This document shows positions 1 to 10,707 of a stretch of DNA of 64,000 nucleotides, one piece after another. Each line of letters begins with the position of its first letter. Within the stretch, counting starts at the first letter, position 1. Position numbers and translations under genes: made by a program. The notes under the pieces are model-generated. The model was not told where the DNA came from. It did not search any database and saw nothing but the letters and a program-made list of their open reading frames with translations. This DNA is from Lentisphaeria bacterium (GTDB lineage Bacteria > Verrucomicrobiota > Lentisphaeria > JABSQK01 > JAWLHB01): positions 62,001 to 126,000 of the forward strand of contig JAWLHB010000013.1 in NCBI GenBank assembly GCA_041690595.1, in the 5' to 3' direction.

Positions 1-1
1 T

Positions 2-820
2 CGAGCGGAGCGGGTACTCTTCAGCCGGCAGGTGCGGCTGCGCAACCGTCAGGGTCAGTATCGCCTCGACTTCGTGCAGCTGCGCCCGCAAGGCAATCGC
101 GGGGCCATCTTTCAGATTTACCTGCGCGAGCCGACCGTGTACTACAGCTTTTCGCGCCCGCTCGACAGTTTTCTCGATCTGCAAGTCAATGGCATCGCGC
201 TCAAGTGGCTGGAGCCACGGACGGAGAGCTTCTCCTGCTGGCAGAGGGGCGAACAAGCCGGAGTTGACCTGGCACTCAACTTCGACGGTGCCCGCGTCCT
301 GCTCTCCTTCTGCATGCGTCGCGATTCGCCCGTGCTGTGGGCGAAGGTGACGCCGCAAGCCGGAGGCACCGTACGAACGGCGCAGCTCTCGCTCTTCGCA
401 GTACCTTCAGGCATGGTTCCGGGGCAGCTGAGTGAAGGCTATCAGCGCATTGCCATCCACGCCGAAGGACAGCGCGAGCAGGGAGATGAAGCCTGGGTGC
501 TGCCGGCCGGCATCGATTATCTGGTGCTGACCGACGAGGCGCTCGAGCCCGGTCAACGCGAGGGGACAATTGGCCCCTGTTACGTGGTCTTCGACGCCAC
601 CGCGGCGGAGCGCGGCCTCCTCGAGATGCGGAACAGCTACCGCCTCACCCTCACCTTCCAGCTCGATCCATCCAAAGTATTCGCGTTCGGCGTGTGGGAA
701 TCGAGCCGTCCCTATGCCAATGCCGACTTCCTGGAGTTGCTGGACGCATCGCGAGCGGCCTTCTCGTTGTCGGAAGTGGTCACCGAGGGAGAACCTCGAG
801 GATCTGGGGAAGCTCCGTGA
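2..820 (+). CDS. Hypothetical protein, probably the C-terminal part of a gene starting upstream of the window
   Basis: Frame of ORF 32..820 is open back to position 2. Protein-like composition, no recognised motif. Its 3' end overlaps the convergent HAD gene by 41 bp. Confidence 0.55.
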   Translation, partial: RAERVLFSRQVRLRNRQGQYRLDFVQLRPQGNRGAIFQIYLREPTVYYSFSRPLDSFLDLQVNGIALKWLEPRTESFSCWQRGEQAGVDLALNFDGARVLLSFCMRRDSPVLWAKVTPQAGGTVRTAQLSLFAVPSGMVPGQLSEGYQRIAIHAEGQREQGDEAWVLPAGIDYLVLTDEALEPGQREGTIGPCYVVFDATAAERGLLEMRNSYRLTLTFQLDPSKVFAFGVWESSRPYANADFLELLDASRAAFSLSEVVTEGEPRGSGEAP

Positions 821-1700
821 TGATGACATCCGGCTCGGTCGCGCCGACGCGCTCATCGTTTTCGCGCCAGCGGAGGGAGCGGCGGTCCCCGGCAAAAAGG
901 GCTGTGCGGCAGCCGCAATCGGCGGCGGGCCAGATATCGTTGAGCATGTCATTGCCGACGTAGAGGATCTGGGACGGCACCAGCCCGTGCATGTCACGCG
1001 CGTTGGTGAGCATGCGGTCGTACAGCTCTGTCCCCGGCTTGGCCGCCAGGGTGCGGTAGGACCAGGCGGTGAGATCTGGGTCGAAGCCCAGTTCCCGCGG
1101 CAATCCCCCCAGGAAGGCGTGGAAAAGGACGGGCGTGAAGAACTGGGCGTTACTGACGATTCCCAGGAGGAAGCCGGCGTCGCGCAGGGCGGTCAGGCAC
1201 TCGGCCAGCCCTGGCATGGGATAGACGGGATTCACCTCGCATTCGTAGCGAAAGGCAAAGCGCAGGATGTCGTCGTGCCCCGGCCGGCCGTTGATCAGCT
1301 TGTCATTGGCGAGGATCGTGAAGATTTCGGTCCACACCTGGCGGATATCGACTTCGGGGGTGGCGATGCCTTGGGCGCGGGTGGCGGCATGGTAGGCATG
1401 AATCGTGGCAGTCAACAGCCCGGTGCCGCGAGCTGCCGCGGCAGTGAGATCGCCGTCCAGGCCAATGGCGGTGAGAGCGTGAAGAAATGCGGCTTTCTGG
1501 TCCGTCTCGAGCACACCGATCTCGCCGCAGCCAGAGATGAAGAGGGTGCCGTAAACGTCGAATACGACGGCGCGTACATCCTCCAGGCGCCGCAGTCGTG
1601 GCGGGGTGTCGGTGGACAATGGTTGGAGAGGCTGCGAGACTTCGCTCAGGATGGTGCTGAGGTCGTCCAGCATGGCAGGGGATTCAGGAAAATCGTTCAT
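780..1700 (-). CDS. HAD-superfamily hydrolase (putative sugar-phosphate phosphatase)
   Basis: Motif I FDVYGTL, motif II VSNAQ, KP motif, GND..ND motif IV. Last gene of the gpgS operon. Confidence 0.8.
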   Translation of the reverse strand: MNDFPESPAMLDDLSTILSEVSQPLQPLSTDTPPRLRRLEDVRAVVFDVYGTLFISGCGEIGVLETDQKAAFLHALTAIGLDGDLTAAAARGTGLLTATIHAYHAATRAQGIATPEVDIRQVWTEIFTILANDKLINGRPGHDDILRFAFRYECEVNPVYPMPGLAECLTALRDAGFLLGIVSNAQFFTPVLFHAFLGGLPRELGFDPDLTAWSYRTLAAKPGTELYDRMLTNARDMHGLVPSQILYVGNDMLNDIWPAADCGCRTALFAGDRRSLRWRENDERVGATEPDVIITELPQILEVLPR

Positions 1701-3151
1701 CAGCTGAGCATGAGGTGAAAGCGTTCAGGTTTGAGGAACTGGTCGAGCAGCAGGCCCGGATCCAGCGCGGAGACTCTCTCTACCGGCGATTGAGCCGTGG
1801 CGACGTAAGCGTCCATGAGCCGGCGACCATAGGCAGGCAGGCTGAAGCTGGCTTCCACGTGCCGGCGGTTCCGGTCGAGCAGGCGACGAGACGTCTCCAG
1901 ATCGAACGGCACGGCAAACTGGGCGCGATCGCCAGGGTTGACAGCCAGCCGCCGCAGCACCATCGCCTGCATGTCCTCGTCAAGACGCGCAAAGTCAATG
2001 GTGCCACCGCGGCAGGCCGCGGCCAGGGCGCGGTCAACGGCATCCGCCGGCAGCGGCCGCCCATACTCCGCGAAGCTGTGTGCGAGCTCTTCGCTGAAGC
2101 GGGCGTGCAGCATCTTGTCATGGAACCAATCGAGAGGTACGGGGAGGAAATCATACAAGCCGGGAAGTTCGATACCTTCACTGGTGAAGTCGCGGGTGAT
2201 ATCCGGTAGATCGCGCCCCAGGATGGGCAAGCCGCTGAGCCAGGGCTCGAGGAAGGCGAGTCCAAAGCCTTCAGCAATACTGGTGGTGAAGGCGGCGTCG
2301 GCGTCGCGCAGGAGGCCGTCATACCCTCCCGGATAGCTCTTGCTTGCCGCAAAAAGTACCGGCAGCTTCAACTCGTCCGCCAGCGCCACCCAGCGTTCAT
2401 AGATGGGCTGCCAGACGGGGTTGTCGGGGGCCATGGTCAGCGCATAGCGGTCTCGCCCCTCGCCAAGCAGACTCCACAGCAGCAGCTCGCCGATGTTCTT
2501 CCGGCGAATGGCCCGCGTGGGATAGACGAAGAGGCGCTCCGCGGCTGGATGAGCGGGATTGCCCACGGCGGCAGACTGCTCCATGACGACGGCATTCGGC
2601 AGCAGATGAAGCCTCTCCGCCGGTACCCCCGCCTCCCTGAGGGAGCGCAGATCACGGCCGTTGAGGGTCGCATAATGGAGGTGGGACGCCTGCGGATAAA
2701 GCAGCTCTCCAGAAGGCGCATCGCCCTCTCCGGCAAGCGTCTCGGCCAGGCGGCTGTAGTTGCCGGGACGGCCATCTTCCGGAAAGTCATGAATCTGCAG
2801 CAGGAGCCGTTGGCCGTTGTCAGCGAGCATGCGCAGCGCCCGCGGCAGAATGTGGTTCTTGGCGAGAGAATGGTTGTGTACATGCCAGAGATCGGGCAGG
2901 TCGCCGAGGAGGTCGGTAGCCGCCTCTCGCAGGCGCTCGTACAGCTCCCGCGGCGGCAATGGAGAGCTGACGCGATTGTCGTAGTCGAGTCCCTCCACCA
3001 CTGCCACCGGATAATTGGGAGGCTCATCCGGCGCCTGCCCGCAGATGACTCCGATTCTGACGTCGCTTTCGGCAAGGGCGGCGGCAATATTGCCGATCAC
3101 CTTGGTGACGCCGCCGGGCAGCAGGTGGTAGTGGAGAATGGCGACTCGCAT
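1700..3151 (-). CDS. GT-B fold glycosyltransferase (GT4-like)
   Basis: N-terminal HYHL.PGGVTKVI, R...RKN, and EGFGLAFLEPW retaining-GT motif. Abuts gpgS and the HAD gene. Confidence 0.75.
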   Translation of the reverse strand: MRVAILHYHLLPGGVTKVIGNIAAALAESDVRIGVICGQAPDEPPNYPVAVVEGLDYDNRVSSPLPPRELYERLREAATDLLGDLPDLWHVHNHSLAKNHILPRALRMLADNGQRLLLQIHDFPEDGRPGNYSRLAETLAGEGDAPSGELLYPQASHLHYATLNGRDLRSLREAGVPAERLHLLPNAVVMEQSAAVGNPAHPAAERLFVYPTRAIRRKNIGELLLWSLLGEGRDRYALTMAPDNPVWQPIYERWVALADELKLPVLFAASKSYPGGYDGLLRDADAAFTTSIAEGFGLAFLEPWLSGLPILGRDLPDITRDFTSEGIELPGLYDFLPVPLDWFHDKMLHARFSEELAHSFAEYGRPLPADAVDRALAAACRGGTIDFARLDEDMQAMVLRRLAVNPGDRAQFAVPFDLETSRRLLDRNRRHVEASFSLPAYGRRLMDAYVATAQSPVERVSALDPGLLLDQFLKPERFHLMLS

Positions 3152-4153
3152 CTAGGCCTCCGGGGCGGGGGCGGGGGCTTCACGCCGCCCAAACTTCTCC
3201 CGATACTCGGGAATCTCCAACATGGGGGGCCGCTCTTCCTCGATGATCCTGGTTCCGAGGATCTGATACTCGTCATCCTTGACCTGGAACTGAAAAAGCG
3301 TGGTCTCCCATTCGGCCAGCTCCTTGACGAGGCCTTGGGCGCGCGCCCGCTTGAGAAAGGTCTGCATGATACCGAAAGCCATCTTGCCCAGGCTCTGGGT
3401 CGGCTGATTGAAGTGCACCCGCTGATCGAGGTCGCACTGCCCGAAGGCTTCCAGACCGTACAGGGCATAGACGTCGAGGAGATGGGCCGTTTCGACGCCA
3501 TAACCGATGGGGAACGGGATGCGCTCGAGGACCTCCCGACGCACCGCGTATTCCCCGGAGAGTGGCTGAATGATGGAGGTCAGTTCGGGATACCAGAGGG
3601 AAAAGAGCGGCCGCGTCAGGATCTCCGTCACCCGTCCTCCTCCGGCCACACGGACGCCGCTCGAGGAGACCAGGGGGCGATCGTAGAAGGCCTTCACGTA
3701 CTTGATCTCAGGCCGGTAAACGAGAGGCGCCACCAGCCCGTAGACGAAGCGCGGATGGATGTTCTTTATGTCGGCATCGACATAGACGATGATGTCGCCG
3801 TCGAGCTGGTAGATGGCCTTCCACAGGTTCTCACCCTTGCCCTTCCTCTTCTCGATGCCCGGCAGGATATCGTCCGCCAGATGGAACTCGGCGCCAAACC
3901 CCTCGGCAACCTCGCGGGTGCGATCGGTCGAGCCGGAATCGATGACCACGATCTCATCGAGCAGAGGATAGCGTTCGACCAGTTCGGAGCGAAAGAGGAC
4001 GATCTCCTTGCCGATGGTCTTCTCTTCGTTCAACGTGGGAATACAGAGCGAGATCTTCAGGCCCTGCCTGGTCTTTGCTTCCACCAGCTGGAGAAGATCC
4101 CAGAAATCGGAATGGTGAAAGGTGTTTTTCTTGAGCCATTGATCAGTCTGCAT
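3152..4153 (-). CDS. gpgS: Glucosyl-3-phosphoglycerate synthase
   Basis: PTLNEE, DSGSTD, GKGENLW, DAD, GGRVTE, QPLSGEYA and YGVE motifs typical of GpgS. Confidence 0.85.
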   Translation of the reverse strand: MQTDQWLKKNTFHHSDFWDLLQLVEAKTRQGLKISLCIPTLNEEKTIGKEIVLFRSELVERYPLLDEIVVIDSGSTDRTREVAEGFGAEFHLADDILPGIEKRKGKGENLWKAIYQLDGDIIVYVDADIKNIHPRFVYGLVAPLVYRPEIKYVKAFYDRPLVSSSGVRVAGGGRVTEILTRPLFSLWYPELTSIIQPLSGEYAVRREVLERIPFPIGYGVETAHLLDVYALYGLEAFGQCDLDQRVHFNQPTQSLGKMAFGIMQTFLKRARAQGLVKELAEWETTLFQFQVKDDEYQILGTRIIEEERPPMLEIPEYREKFGRREAPAPAPEA

Positions 4154-5330
4154 CCGGGGTACCTCGATCGATGATCTCGATTAGCGCCAGCAACTGCGCC
4201 ATGCCGGTAAAGATGGGGGCGATCTCGATGGATTCGTCCAGCTCGTTGAACTTGGAGCCGCGGGTCAGCCCTACGGTCAGTGCTGGTATCTTGCGGTAGA
4301 TGAAGGCGGAAAGCTCGGAGATGCTTGGTCCCAGCCGTGGCTGCACATCGAGCCGTTCGAGAACCGCCTTTCCTGCTCGTGTCAGAGGGTGGGAGTAACC
4401 GATGCCGCCGGGATTGCGGCGGGCAATGATGTCCAGATCCACGGTTGCCCCGCTGCGTGTTGCTACTTCATCGACGATATCCTTCAACTGCGAGCCGATA
4501 TCCTCGACCAGCTCGTCGGCTTCACTGCGAATCTCGAGCCGGAGCGATGCAGTCGTCGCGACTGCCACCGAGGTACTTCCCCCGCTGATGCGTCCCAGCA
4601 TGATCGAGGTGCGCGGTGCGCGTGGAAGGCGAATGCCATTGACGTGGTTGATGACCTCGTTGAGCGTGGTGATCGCGCTCATGGCGCCGAACCGAGTCCA
4701 ATCGTAAAGCTCCGGCACGTTGACCTGGATCTCGCAGCGCATCATCCCCAGCGACTCGTGACTGAGCCGGCCCAGTTGCACGCCTTCCACGCAAAGCCCC
4801 GCGCTCAGGTGAATCTTGCTGTGATCGAGAAAGAAGCGCAACCCGGTCATGTTTCCACGTCCCAGGCTGCGAGTGGCCCCCATGAGGAGCAGGTTGCTGC
4901 GCAGCACGACGCCGGCCTTTTCCATCAGGTTCGGCATCGTGGCAAGGGCGGCGATGCCAAGGCTGTCATCGCTGATTCCCGGCCCCACCGCCTTGTCAGG
5001 CAGCAGGGTGATGGTGTGGTCGACACTCTCGTCGAAGGAGGTGTCCGCGTGTGCCGTCATCAGGATGGTCCGTTTGCCGCGGGTGCCGGGCAGGAGGCCG
5101 AAGCCGTTGCCGCTTTCATCGGTTGAGCAATTGCTCAGCCCGCACTCATTGAAGCGGTCAGTCAGAAAGCGGATGCGGCGTTCTTCCCTGAAGGTTGGCG
5201 AGGGGATCTCGCCGGCCATGACCAGATTCGCCAGCAGCGTATCGCGGAGCGACACGGCCGCCTCGCAGTACGCCGGCAGCCTGTCCAGGACCTCATCGAT
5301 ATCGTACGAAACAGGTACATGATCACTCAT
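4143..5330 (-). CDS. M20/M25/M40 family metallo-hydrolase
   Basis: [20 protein letters not shown] motifs and a dimerisation-domain-like middle. The usual EE catalytic pair is not evident (ATRSLGRG). Confidence 0.7.
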   Translation of the reverse strand: MSDHVPVSYDIDEVLDRLPAYCEAAVSLRDTLLANLVMAGEIPSPTFREERRIRFLTDRFNECGLSNCSTDESGNGFGLLPGTRGKRTILMTAHADTSFDESVDHTITLLPDKAVGPGISDDSLGIAALATMPNLMEKAGVVLRSNLLLMGATRSLGRGNMTGLRFFLDHSKIHLSAGLCVEGVQLGRLSHESLGMMRCEIQVNVPELYDWTRFGAMSAITTLNEVINHVNGIRLPRAPRTSIMLGRISGGSTSVAVATTASLRLEIRSEADELVEDIGSQLKDIVDEVATRSGATVDLDIIARRNPGGIGYSHPLTRAGKAVLERLDVQPRLGPSISELSAFIYRKIPALTVGLTRGSKFNELDESIEIAPIFTGMAQLLALIEIIDRGTPDAD

Positions 5331-5448
5331 AATGCCGGGTTTCTTTCCTCAATTTTCGATTATCGCAGCCATGTGTACCATTCAGCAAGTGGGGCCCCAA
5401 TGTCAAGCCTTGGAGCCCTGTAAGCTTGAACTGATGGAATCCACGCAC

Positions 5449-5477
5449 TTGCAGCAGCACCATTCTGCTCCTATACT
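5449..5477 (+). promoter_or_regulatory. Putative sigma70 promoter of pilin-like gene 1
   Basis: TTGCAG-17 bp-TATACT, then AAGGAG RBS before ATG 5506. Confidence 0.55.
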
Positions 5478-5505
5478 TAAGCAACCGCTTAATAAGGAGC
5501 AAGTG

Positions 5506-6312
5506 ATGAGATCAAGACGCTGGTTTACCCTTATCGAGTTATTGGTTGTCGTGGCCATAATCGCCATACTGGCATCCCTTCTTCTACCGGCGTTGAGCAG
5601 TGCGCGGGAAAAGGCCCGTTCCATCAGTTGTCTCAACAACCTGCGACAGGTTGCCCTCGGCTTGTACATGTACACGGACGAGAATGAGGGGCTCCTGCCT
5701 GCCATCCGCCAGAACACCGGCGGCGCGCTACGTTGGTGGACAGACTATGCCCAATCCTACTTTGGCGGCGAGGAGGTCTTCCTCTGCCCCAATCAGCCAT
5801 GGACGGAGCTGGTCAATCCCGGTGGCACCGCCTGGCGGTCGAGCTATACCCCTCAGCAATTCGGCTGGGCGGGCCACACGGTCGGCCCGGTTGGCTGGAA
5901 TGGCTACCAGATTCGCTACATCGGCGACCGCATCCGCGTCCATTCGATCGACGCCAATGGCGCCCTGCTGGACACCGGACTCTTCAACAGCACCGCCACC
6001 GGCAACAAGCATTGCTTCGGCATGAATCCCTTGATTTACGAGGGCATCGGCGTCAATCACAACTCACGCCTCACCGTCATGCGCCACAAGGGCCTCACCA
6101 TGAATTACATCGGCACCGACCTCGGGATCTACACCGTGGACTTCGCCGGATCGAATTACCTGAACCGCCTGACCATGCCCGGCTACCCGTCGCCCGACGG
6201 CAGCCAATACTGGTACCGCGTGACCGGCGGCGGCGCCATCGGCAAGATCAGCGACTGGCCATGGGCCCGAACCAAGCTCTTCAGCCCCGGCTTCATGGGC
6301 GACGGTCTCTGA
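5506..6312 (+). CDS. Prepilin-type N-terminal cleavage/methylation domain protein (DUF1559-like), pilin 1
   Basis: [47 protein letters not shown], degenerate RH-X10-D motif. Start reassigned to 5506 using the RBS. Confidence 0.9.
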   Translation: MRSRRWFTLIELLVVVAIIAILASLLLPALSSAREKARSISCLNNLRQVALGLYMYTDENEGLLPAIRQNTGGALRWWTDYAQSYFGGEEVFLCPNQPWTELVNPGGTAWRSSYTPQQFGWAGHTVGPVGWNGYQIRYIGDRIRVHSIDANGALLDTGLFNSTATGNKHCFGMNPLIYEGIGVNHNSRLTVMRHKGLTMNYIGTDLGIYTVDFAGSNYLNRLTMPGYPSPDGSQYWYRVTGGGAIGKISDWPWARTKLFSPGFMGDGL

Positions 6313-6316
6313 GCAA

Positions 6317-7045
6317 CTAAAGCCGCAACCCGCCGTCCAGCTCGAGGATGCGCCCGGTATAGAAGTCGTTGGCGATGATGAAGTCGACCGCGCTGGCGAT
6401 CTCGTGCATCTCGCCCAGCCGCTTGAGGGGGACCTGCGCCGTGATCTTCTCGAGCACCTCCGCGCGCATGACGGCAACCATCTCCGTGCGCGTATAGCCC
6501 GGCGCCACCGCTGCAACCCGGATGCCATGCCTCGCCAGCTCCTTGCTCCACGTCACCGTCATCGCATCGATCGCCGCCTTGGAAGCGGAGTAGTTGGTCT
6601 GGCCGTAGTTGCCGGCTCGGGAGACCGACGAGATGTTGACAATCACGCCCCCACCCCGCTCCACCATCGCCAAAGCCGCCTCCCGTCCACACAGGAAGGT
6701 CCCCACAAGATTGACCTCGACAACCTGGCGAAAGGCTGCCAGCGACAGCTTCTCCAGTTTCTCCTCCCGCCGTTTCACCAGCAGCCCGTCGCGGATAATG
6801 CCGGCATTGTTCACCAGCACATCCACCCCACCCTGCTCATCGCGCAGGCGGGCAAAAAGCCCCTCCACCGCCTTCTCATTGCTCACGTCACACGCCACAT
6901 TGTGAATGCGCTCATCGCTCTGCCCGGTAGCCTCCACGTCGACCGCATAGACGATCGCCCCCTTCTCCGCCAGATCCTTCGCGATGGTCGCACCAATGCC
7001 ACGGGCCGCCCCCGTGACCACACAAATCTTGCCTTTTATCTCCAT
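6317..7045 (-). CDS. SDR oxidoreductase (FabG/acetoacetyl-CoA reductase-like)
   Basis: TGAARGIG, NNAGIIRD, YSASK catalytic motif, GQTNY. Confidence 0.85.
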   Translation of the reverse strand: MEIKGKICVVTGAARGIGATIAKDLAEKGAIVYAVDVEATGQSDERIHNVACDVSNEKAVEGLFARLRDEQGGVDVLVNNAGIIRDGLLVKRREEKLEKLSLAAFRQVVEVNLVGTFLCGREAALAMVERGGGVIVNISSVSRAGNYGQTNYSASKAAIDAMTVTWSKELARHGIRVAAVAPGYTRTEMVAVMRAEVLEKITAQVPLKRLGEMHEIASAVDFIIANDFYTGRILELDGGLRL

Positions 7046-7052
7046 AGTCGCC

Positions 7053-7919
7053 TCAGTAAGTAAAGAAACCGTTGCCGGATTTGCGCCCCAGATTGCCGGT
7101 CCGAACCGACTTCGCTATGGAGTCGGCCGGACTAAACTCATCCCGCTCCAGCCGCTTGTGCAGGCTTTCGAGGATCTTGCTGCACGTGTCGAGCCCGATG
7201 AGGTCCGCCACCGCCAGGGGACCTGCCGGATGAAGCGCGCCCAGCCGCATGGCCGTATCGATATCTTCCGGCGTCGCCACCCCTTCGTCCACCATGCGCG
7301 CGCTCTCGTTGATCAGCAGCAGCAGCAGGCGATTGACGATGAAGCCCGGCGAATCGCCGGCGACGATCGGGCTCTTTCCGCAGCCGGTCAGCAGCCCCTT
7401 CACCTGCGTCACGACCCGCGGATCGGTGTGAGCCGTCGGCACCAACTCGACAAGCTCCAGCCTGGTGGGCGGATTGAAGAAGTGGATCCCGAGAAAGCGC
7501 GTCGGATCGCTCCACCCGCCGGCCAGATCGGTCACCCGCAGCGAACTCGTATTGGTGGCCACAATGGGCGTCCCGGAGATGCTCGTCGCCAGGCGACGCA
7601 AGAGCGCCAGCTTCACCTCCATATCCTCGACAACAGCCTCGATGATGAGGTCGGCCGCGGAAAGAGACGCCAACTCCGCCGAGGGCTGAATACGCTCCAG
7701 GATTTCGGCCGCTTCCGCCGCCGTCAGCGTTCCCTTTTCCACCCCCTTGGCCAGCCGCTTGCGTATGGCGGAGAAGCCACGGTTGACCGATGCCTCGTCG
7801 ACGTCCCACAACAGCACCCGGCGGCCGGCTGCTGCAAACATCTGCGCGATACCCCCGCCCATCTGCCCCGCCCCGAGCATGCCAATCACCTCCAGATCCT
7901 TCGTCGTCATCTCTGCCAT
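7053..7919 (-). CDS. hbd: 3-hydroxybutyryl-CoA dehydrogenase
   Basis: GAGQMGGGIA, EAVVE, TNTSSL, HFFNP, PGFIVNR, GPL..AD.IGLD. Start at 7919 or 7910. Confidence 0.88.
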   Translation of the reverse strand: MAEMTTKDLEVIGMLGAGQMGGGIAQMFAAAGRRVLLWDVDEASVNRGFSAIRKRLAKGVEKGTLTAAEAAEILERIQPSAELASLSAADLIIEAVVEDMEVKLALLRRLATSISGTPIVATNTSSLRVTDLAGGWSDPTRFLGIHFFNPPTRLELVELVPTAHTDPRVVTQVKGLLTGCGKSPIVAGDSPGFIVNRLLLLLINESARMVDEGVATPEDIDTAMRLGALHPAGPLAVADLIGLDTCSKILESLHKRLERDEFSPADSIAKSVRTGNLGRKSGNGFFTY

Positions 7920-7921
7920 CC

Positions 7922-9118
7922 TTATCTCTTGCCAGTGGCGTTTTCGAGGAGAACGGCCATACCCATGCCCCCTCCGATGCAGAGCGCTGCGATGCCACGC
8001 CTGACCTCCCGCCGCTTCATCTCGTGGATGAGGGTCACCATGATCCGCGCGCCGCTGGCTCCGATCGGGTGGCCGAGCGCAATCGCCCCTCCATTGACGT
8101 TTACCCGCGCTGCGTCGATACGCAGCTCGCGGAGTACCGCCAGGGATTGTGCCGCAAAGGCCTCGTTCAGTTCCCACAGATCGATGTCGTCTGGGGTCAG
8201 TCCGGTCCCTGCCAGGAGCTTGCGGACCGCATGGATGGGGCCGAGTCCCATAGTGGCCGGATCGCAGCCGGCCGCCGCGCCCGCCACGTAACGCACGGTA
8301 AGGCGAGGATCGATCTCTGCCGCGGCGGCACTCTCCGCGGCAACCAGCAGCATGGTCGCGGCACCGTCATTGATGCCCGATGCGTTACCGGCGGTGACCG
8401 ACCCTTCCGGCGTGAAGGCAGCACGCAGCTTTGCCAGCTCGTCCAGAGTGCAATCCGGGCGCGGATACTCATCCTGGTTCACCACCAGCTCCTTGCGCCG
8501 GACCATCGTGGTCACGGCCGCCAGCTCATCGGCAAAGCGCCCGCTGCGCATCGCCTCGGCGCACTTCTGTTGGCTGGCCAAAGCAAAACGATCCTGCTCG
8601 TCCCGCGTCAGCGAGTACTGCTTCGCAACGTTCTCGGCCGTGATGCCCATGTGGTACTTGTTGAAGACATCCGTCAAGCCATCGGCGACCACGGAGTCCA
8701 CCACCGCGGCATCGCCCAGGCGAGCGCCACCTCGCATGGCCGGCAGCAGATAAGGAGCCTGCGTCATGTTCTCGGTCCCCCCGGCCAGAACGACCTCCGC
8801 CCGCTGCAACTGCAGGCTCTGCCAGGCCAGATCCACCGCCTTCATGCCCGAGCCGCATACCTTGTTGACCGTGAAGGCCGGCGCCGATACCGGTACGCCG
8901 ATGCCCAGCGCCACCTGACGCGCCGGATTCTGTCCCTGCCCCGCCTGCAGGACATTACCAAGAATCGTCTCATCCACCTGAGTTGCCGCCAGCCCCGCCA
9001 TCTCCAGGCTGCGGCGCGCCGCAACGATCCCCAATTCCACCGCGCTCGTTCGTGCAAAAGCCCCATTGAAGGCGCCGATGGGGGTACGTGTCGCGCCGGT
9101 TATCCAGATCTCTCTCAT
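7922..9118 (-). CDS. Acetyl-CoA C-acetyltransferase (thiolase)
   Basis: RTPIG, NKVCGSG, NEAFAAQ, GHPIGASG, CIGGG motifs. True start 9118 (ATGA overlap with the CoA-transferase stop). Confidence 0.93.
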   Translation of the reverse strand: MREIWITGATRTPIGAFNGAFARTSAVELGIVAARRSLEMAGLAATQVDETILGNVLQAGQGQNPARQVALGIGVPVSAPAFTVNKVCGSGMKAVDLAWQSLQLQRAEVVLAGGTENMTQAPYLLPAMRGGARLGDAAVVDSVVADGLTDVFNKYHMGITAENVAKQYSLTRDEQDRFALASQQKCAEAMRSGRFADELAAVTTMVRRKELVVNQDEYPRPDCTLDELAKLRAAFTPEGSVTAGNASGINDGAATMLLVAAESAAAAEIDPRLTVRYVAGAAAGCDPATMGLGPIHAVRKLLAGTGLTPDDIDLWELNEAFAAQSLAVLRELRIDAARVNVNGGAIALGHPIGASGARIMVTLIHEMKRREVRRGIAALCIGGGMGMAVLLENATGKR

Positions 9119-10689
9119 CGTGCACATCCTTCCACTTGGCTGAAAATCTCGGCCGGCATCGTGGTCAGTTCCGGAGCGATGCGCGGCGTGAAGCCCATCT
9201 GATCGATGATCTGTGTTTGCAGATCGATACCCGGGGCGATTTCGAACAACTCGAGCCCCTCGGCGGTCATCCGGAAGACGCCCCGCTCGGTGATGAAGAG
9301 CGCCTTCTGCCCCTTCCGCAGGCCGTGCTGGCCGCTGTATGTGATATGCTCCACCGTCTCCACGAACTTGTGCAGCCGTCCCTCGGTGACGATGCGGACC
9401 TTGCCATCCACAAACTCCGCCTCCAGACCACCCGCCGTGAAGGTACCCGTGAAGACCACGGTCCGGGCGTTCTGCGTGATGTTCATGAAGCCACCGATGC
9501 CCGCTACCCGCCCACTGAACTTGCTGACGTTGATGTTGCCGTGGCTGTCCGCCTGCGCCAGCCCCAGAAAAGCCACATCGAGACCGCCGCCGTCGTAGAA
9601 ATCGAACATGTAGGGCTGGTCGATGATCGCATGAGGATAGTTCGCCGCGCCAAAGGAGAGGCCCCCGGCCGGTACACCGCCGATCGGTCCTGCCTCCACC
9701 GTCAGCACCAGCGAATCCAGGCGGTGCCGTTCCTGGGCAATCAGGGCAATGCCTTCCGGCATGCCGATGCCGAGGTTGACGATGTCTCCGGCGGCAATCT
9801 CCGCAAAAGCGCGGGCGCAGATCCACCGCCGCGGCCCCGGCTCCATGGGCGGCAGCTCGAGTTCGTCGATCGCGCCCTGGCGCACATAGCGGGGATTGAA
9901 CAACTCCGCGTAGGTCTGCCGATGCTGCTCCGGCCCGGCCACCACCACCGCGTCCACATAGATGCCGGGAATGCGGATGCTCTTCGGATCCCGCGAATAG
10001 TCCGGCACCAGCTTCTCCACCTGCACGATCACCTTGCCCCCGCTGTTGTGCACCGCCTGCGCCAGCGACAAGGACTCCGCCGTGATCACCTCGTTCTCGA
10101 AGGAAATATTGCCGAATGAATCCGCGGCGGTGCCCCGCAACAGCCCGATGTCGAGCGGAAAGCTCTTGTAGCAGAGCCACTCGCGACCGCCGATTTCCAG
10201 CAACTCCACCAGCTCTTCCGTGGTGCACGCATTGAGCTTGCCACCGTCATGACGCGGATCCACGAAGGTGCCCAGCCCCACATGCGTGATCCGGCCTGGA
10301 TTACCCGCCGCGATCTCACGAAAGAGGTGGCTGATCACCCCCTGCGGAAAGTTGTACGCCTCGATCTTGTTCGCCATCGCCAGCGCGCCCATCTTCGGCG
10401 CCAGATTCCAGTGGCCTCCGATCACCCGCTTCAGCATCCCTTCATGCCCGAAGTGGTTCAACCCCTGCGTCTTGCCGTCCCCCTGCCCCGCCGCGTAGAC
10501 CAGCGTCAACCCCTTCGGACGCCCCTCAGCCAGAAAGCTGGCCTCGACGGCCGCCGTCAAGGCTTCCGGATGCGCGCAGCCGACAAAGCCGCCCGTCGCC
10601 ACCGTTGCTCCATCGGGTATCATCGCGACCGCTTCCGCTGCCGAGATCCGCGCCACATGCTTCATCTTCACCATCTCCAGGCTGTTCAT
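9115..10689 (-). CDS. Fused acyl-CoA:acetate/3-ketoacid CoA-transferase (Pct/YdiF family)
   Basis: YAAGQGDG, VGLGTFVDP, NLGIGMP, TVEAG catalytic Glu, GIGGFMNI, ITERGVF. Confidence 0.9.
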   Translation of the reverse strand: MNSLEMVKMKHVARISAAEAVAMIPDGATVATGGFVGCAHPEALTAAVEASFLAEGRPKGLTLVYAAGQGDGKTQGLNHFGHEGMLKRVIGGHWNLAPKMGALAMANKIEAYNFPQGVISHLFREIAAGNPGRITHVGLGTFVDPRHDGGKLNACTTEELVELLEIGGREWLCYKSFPLDIGLLRGTAADSFGNISFENEVITAESLSLAQAVHNSGGKVIVQVEKLVPDYSRDPKSIRIPGIYVDAVVVAGPEQHRQTYAELFNPRYVRQGAIDELELPPMEPGPRRWICARAFAEIAAGDIVNLGIGMPEGIALIAQERHRLDSLVLTVEAGPIGGVPAGGLSFGAANYPHAIIDQPYMFDFYDGGGLDVAFLGLAQADSHGNINVSKFSGRVAGIGGFMNITQNARTVVFTGTFTAGGLEAEFVDGKVRIVTEGRLHKFVETVEHITYSGQHGLRKGQKALFITERGVFRMTAEGLELFEIAPGIDLQTQIIDQMGFTPRIAPELTTMPAEIFSQVEGCAR

Positions 10690-10707
10690 AGAATGGCCGG
10701 TGCGCTC

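Noticed and set aside
7922..10228. 768-aa thiolase with a long N-terminal extension (likewise extended starts at 5332, 19662, 22301, 25819, 40238, 52880)
   Set aside because: The extensions overlap neighbouring real genes or precede the evident RBS. Downstream starts with RBS or ATGA coupling fit better.
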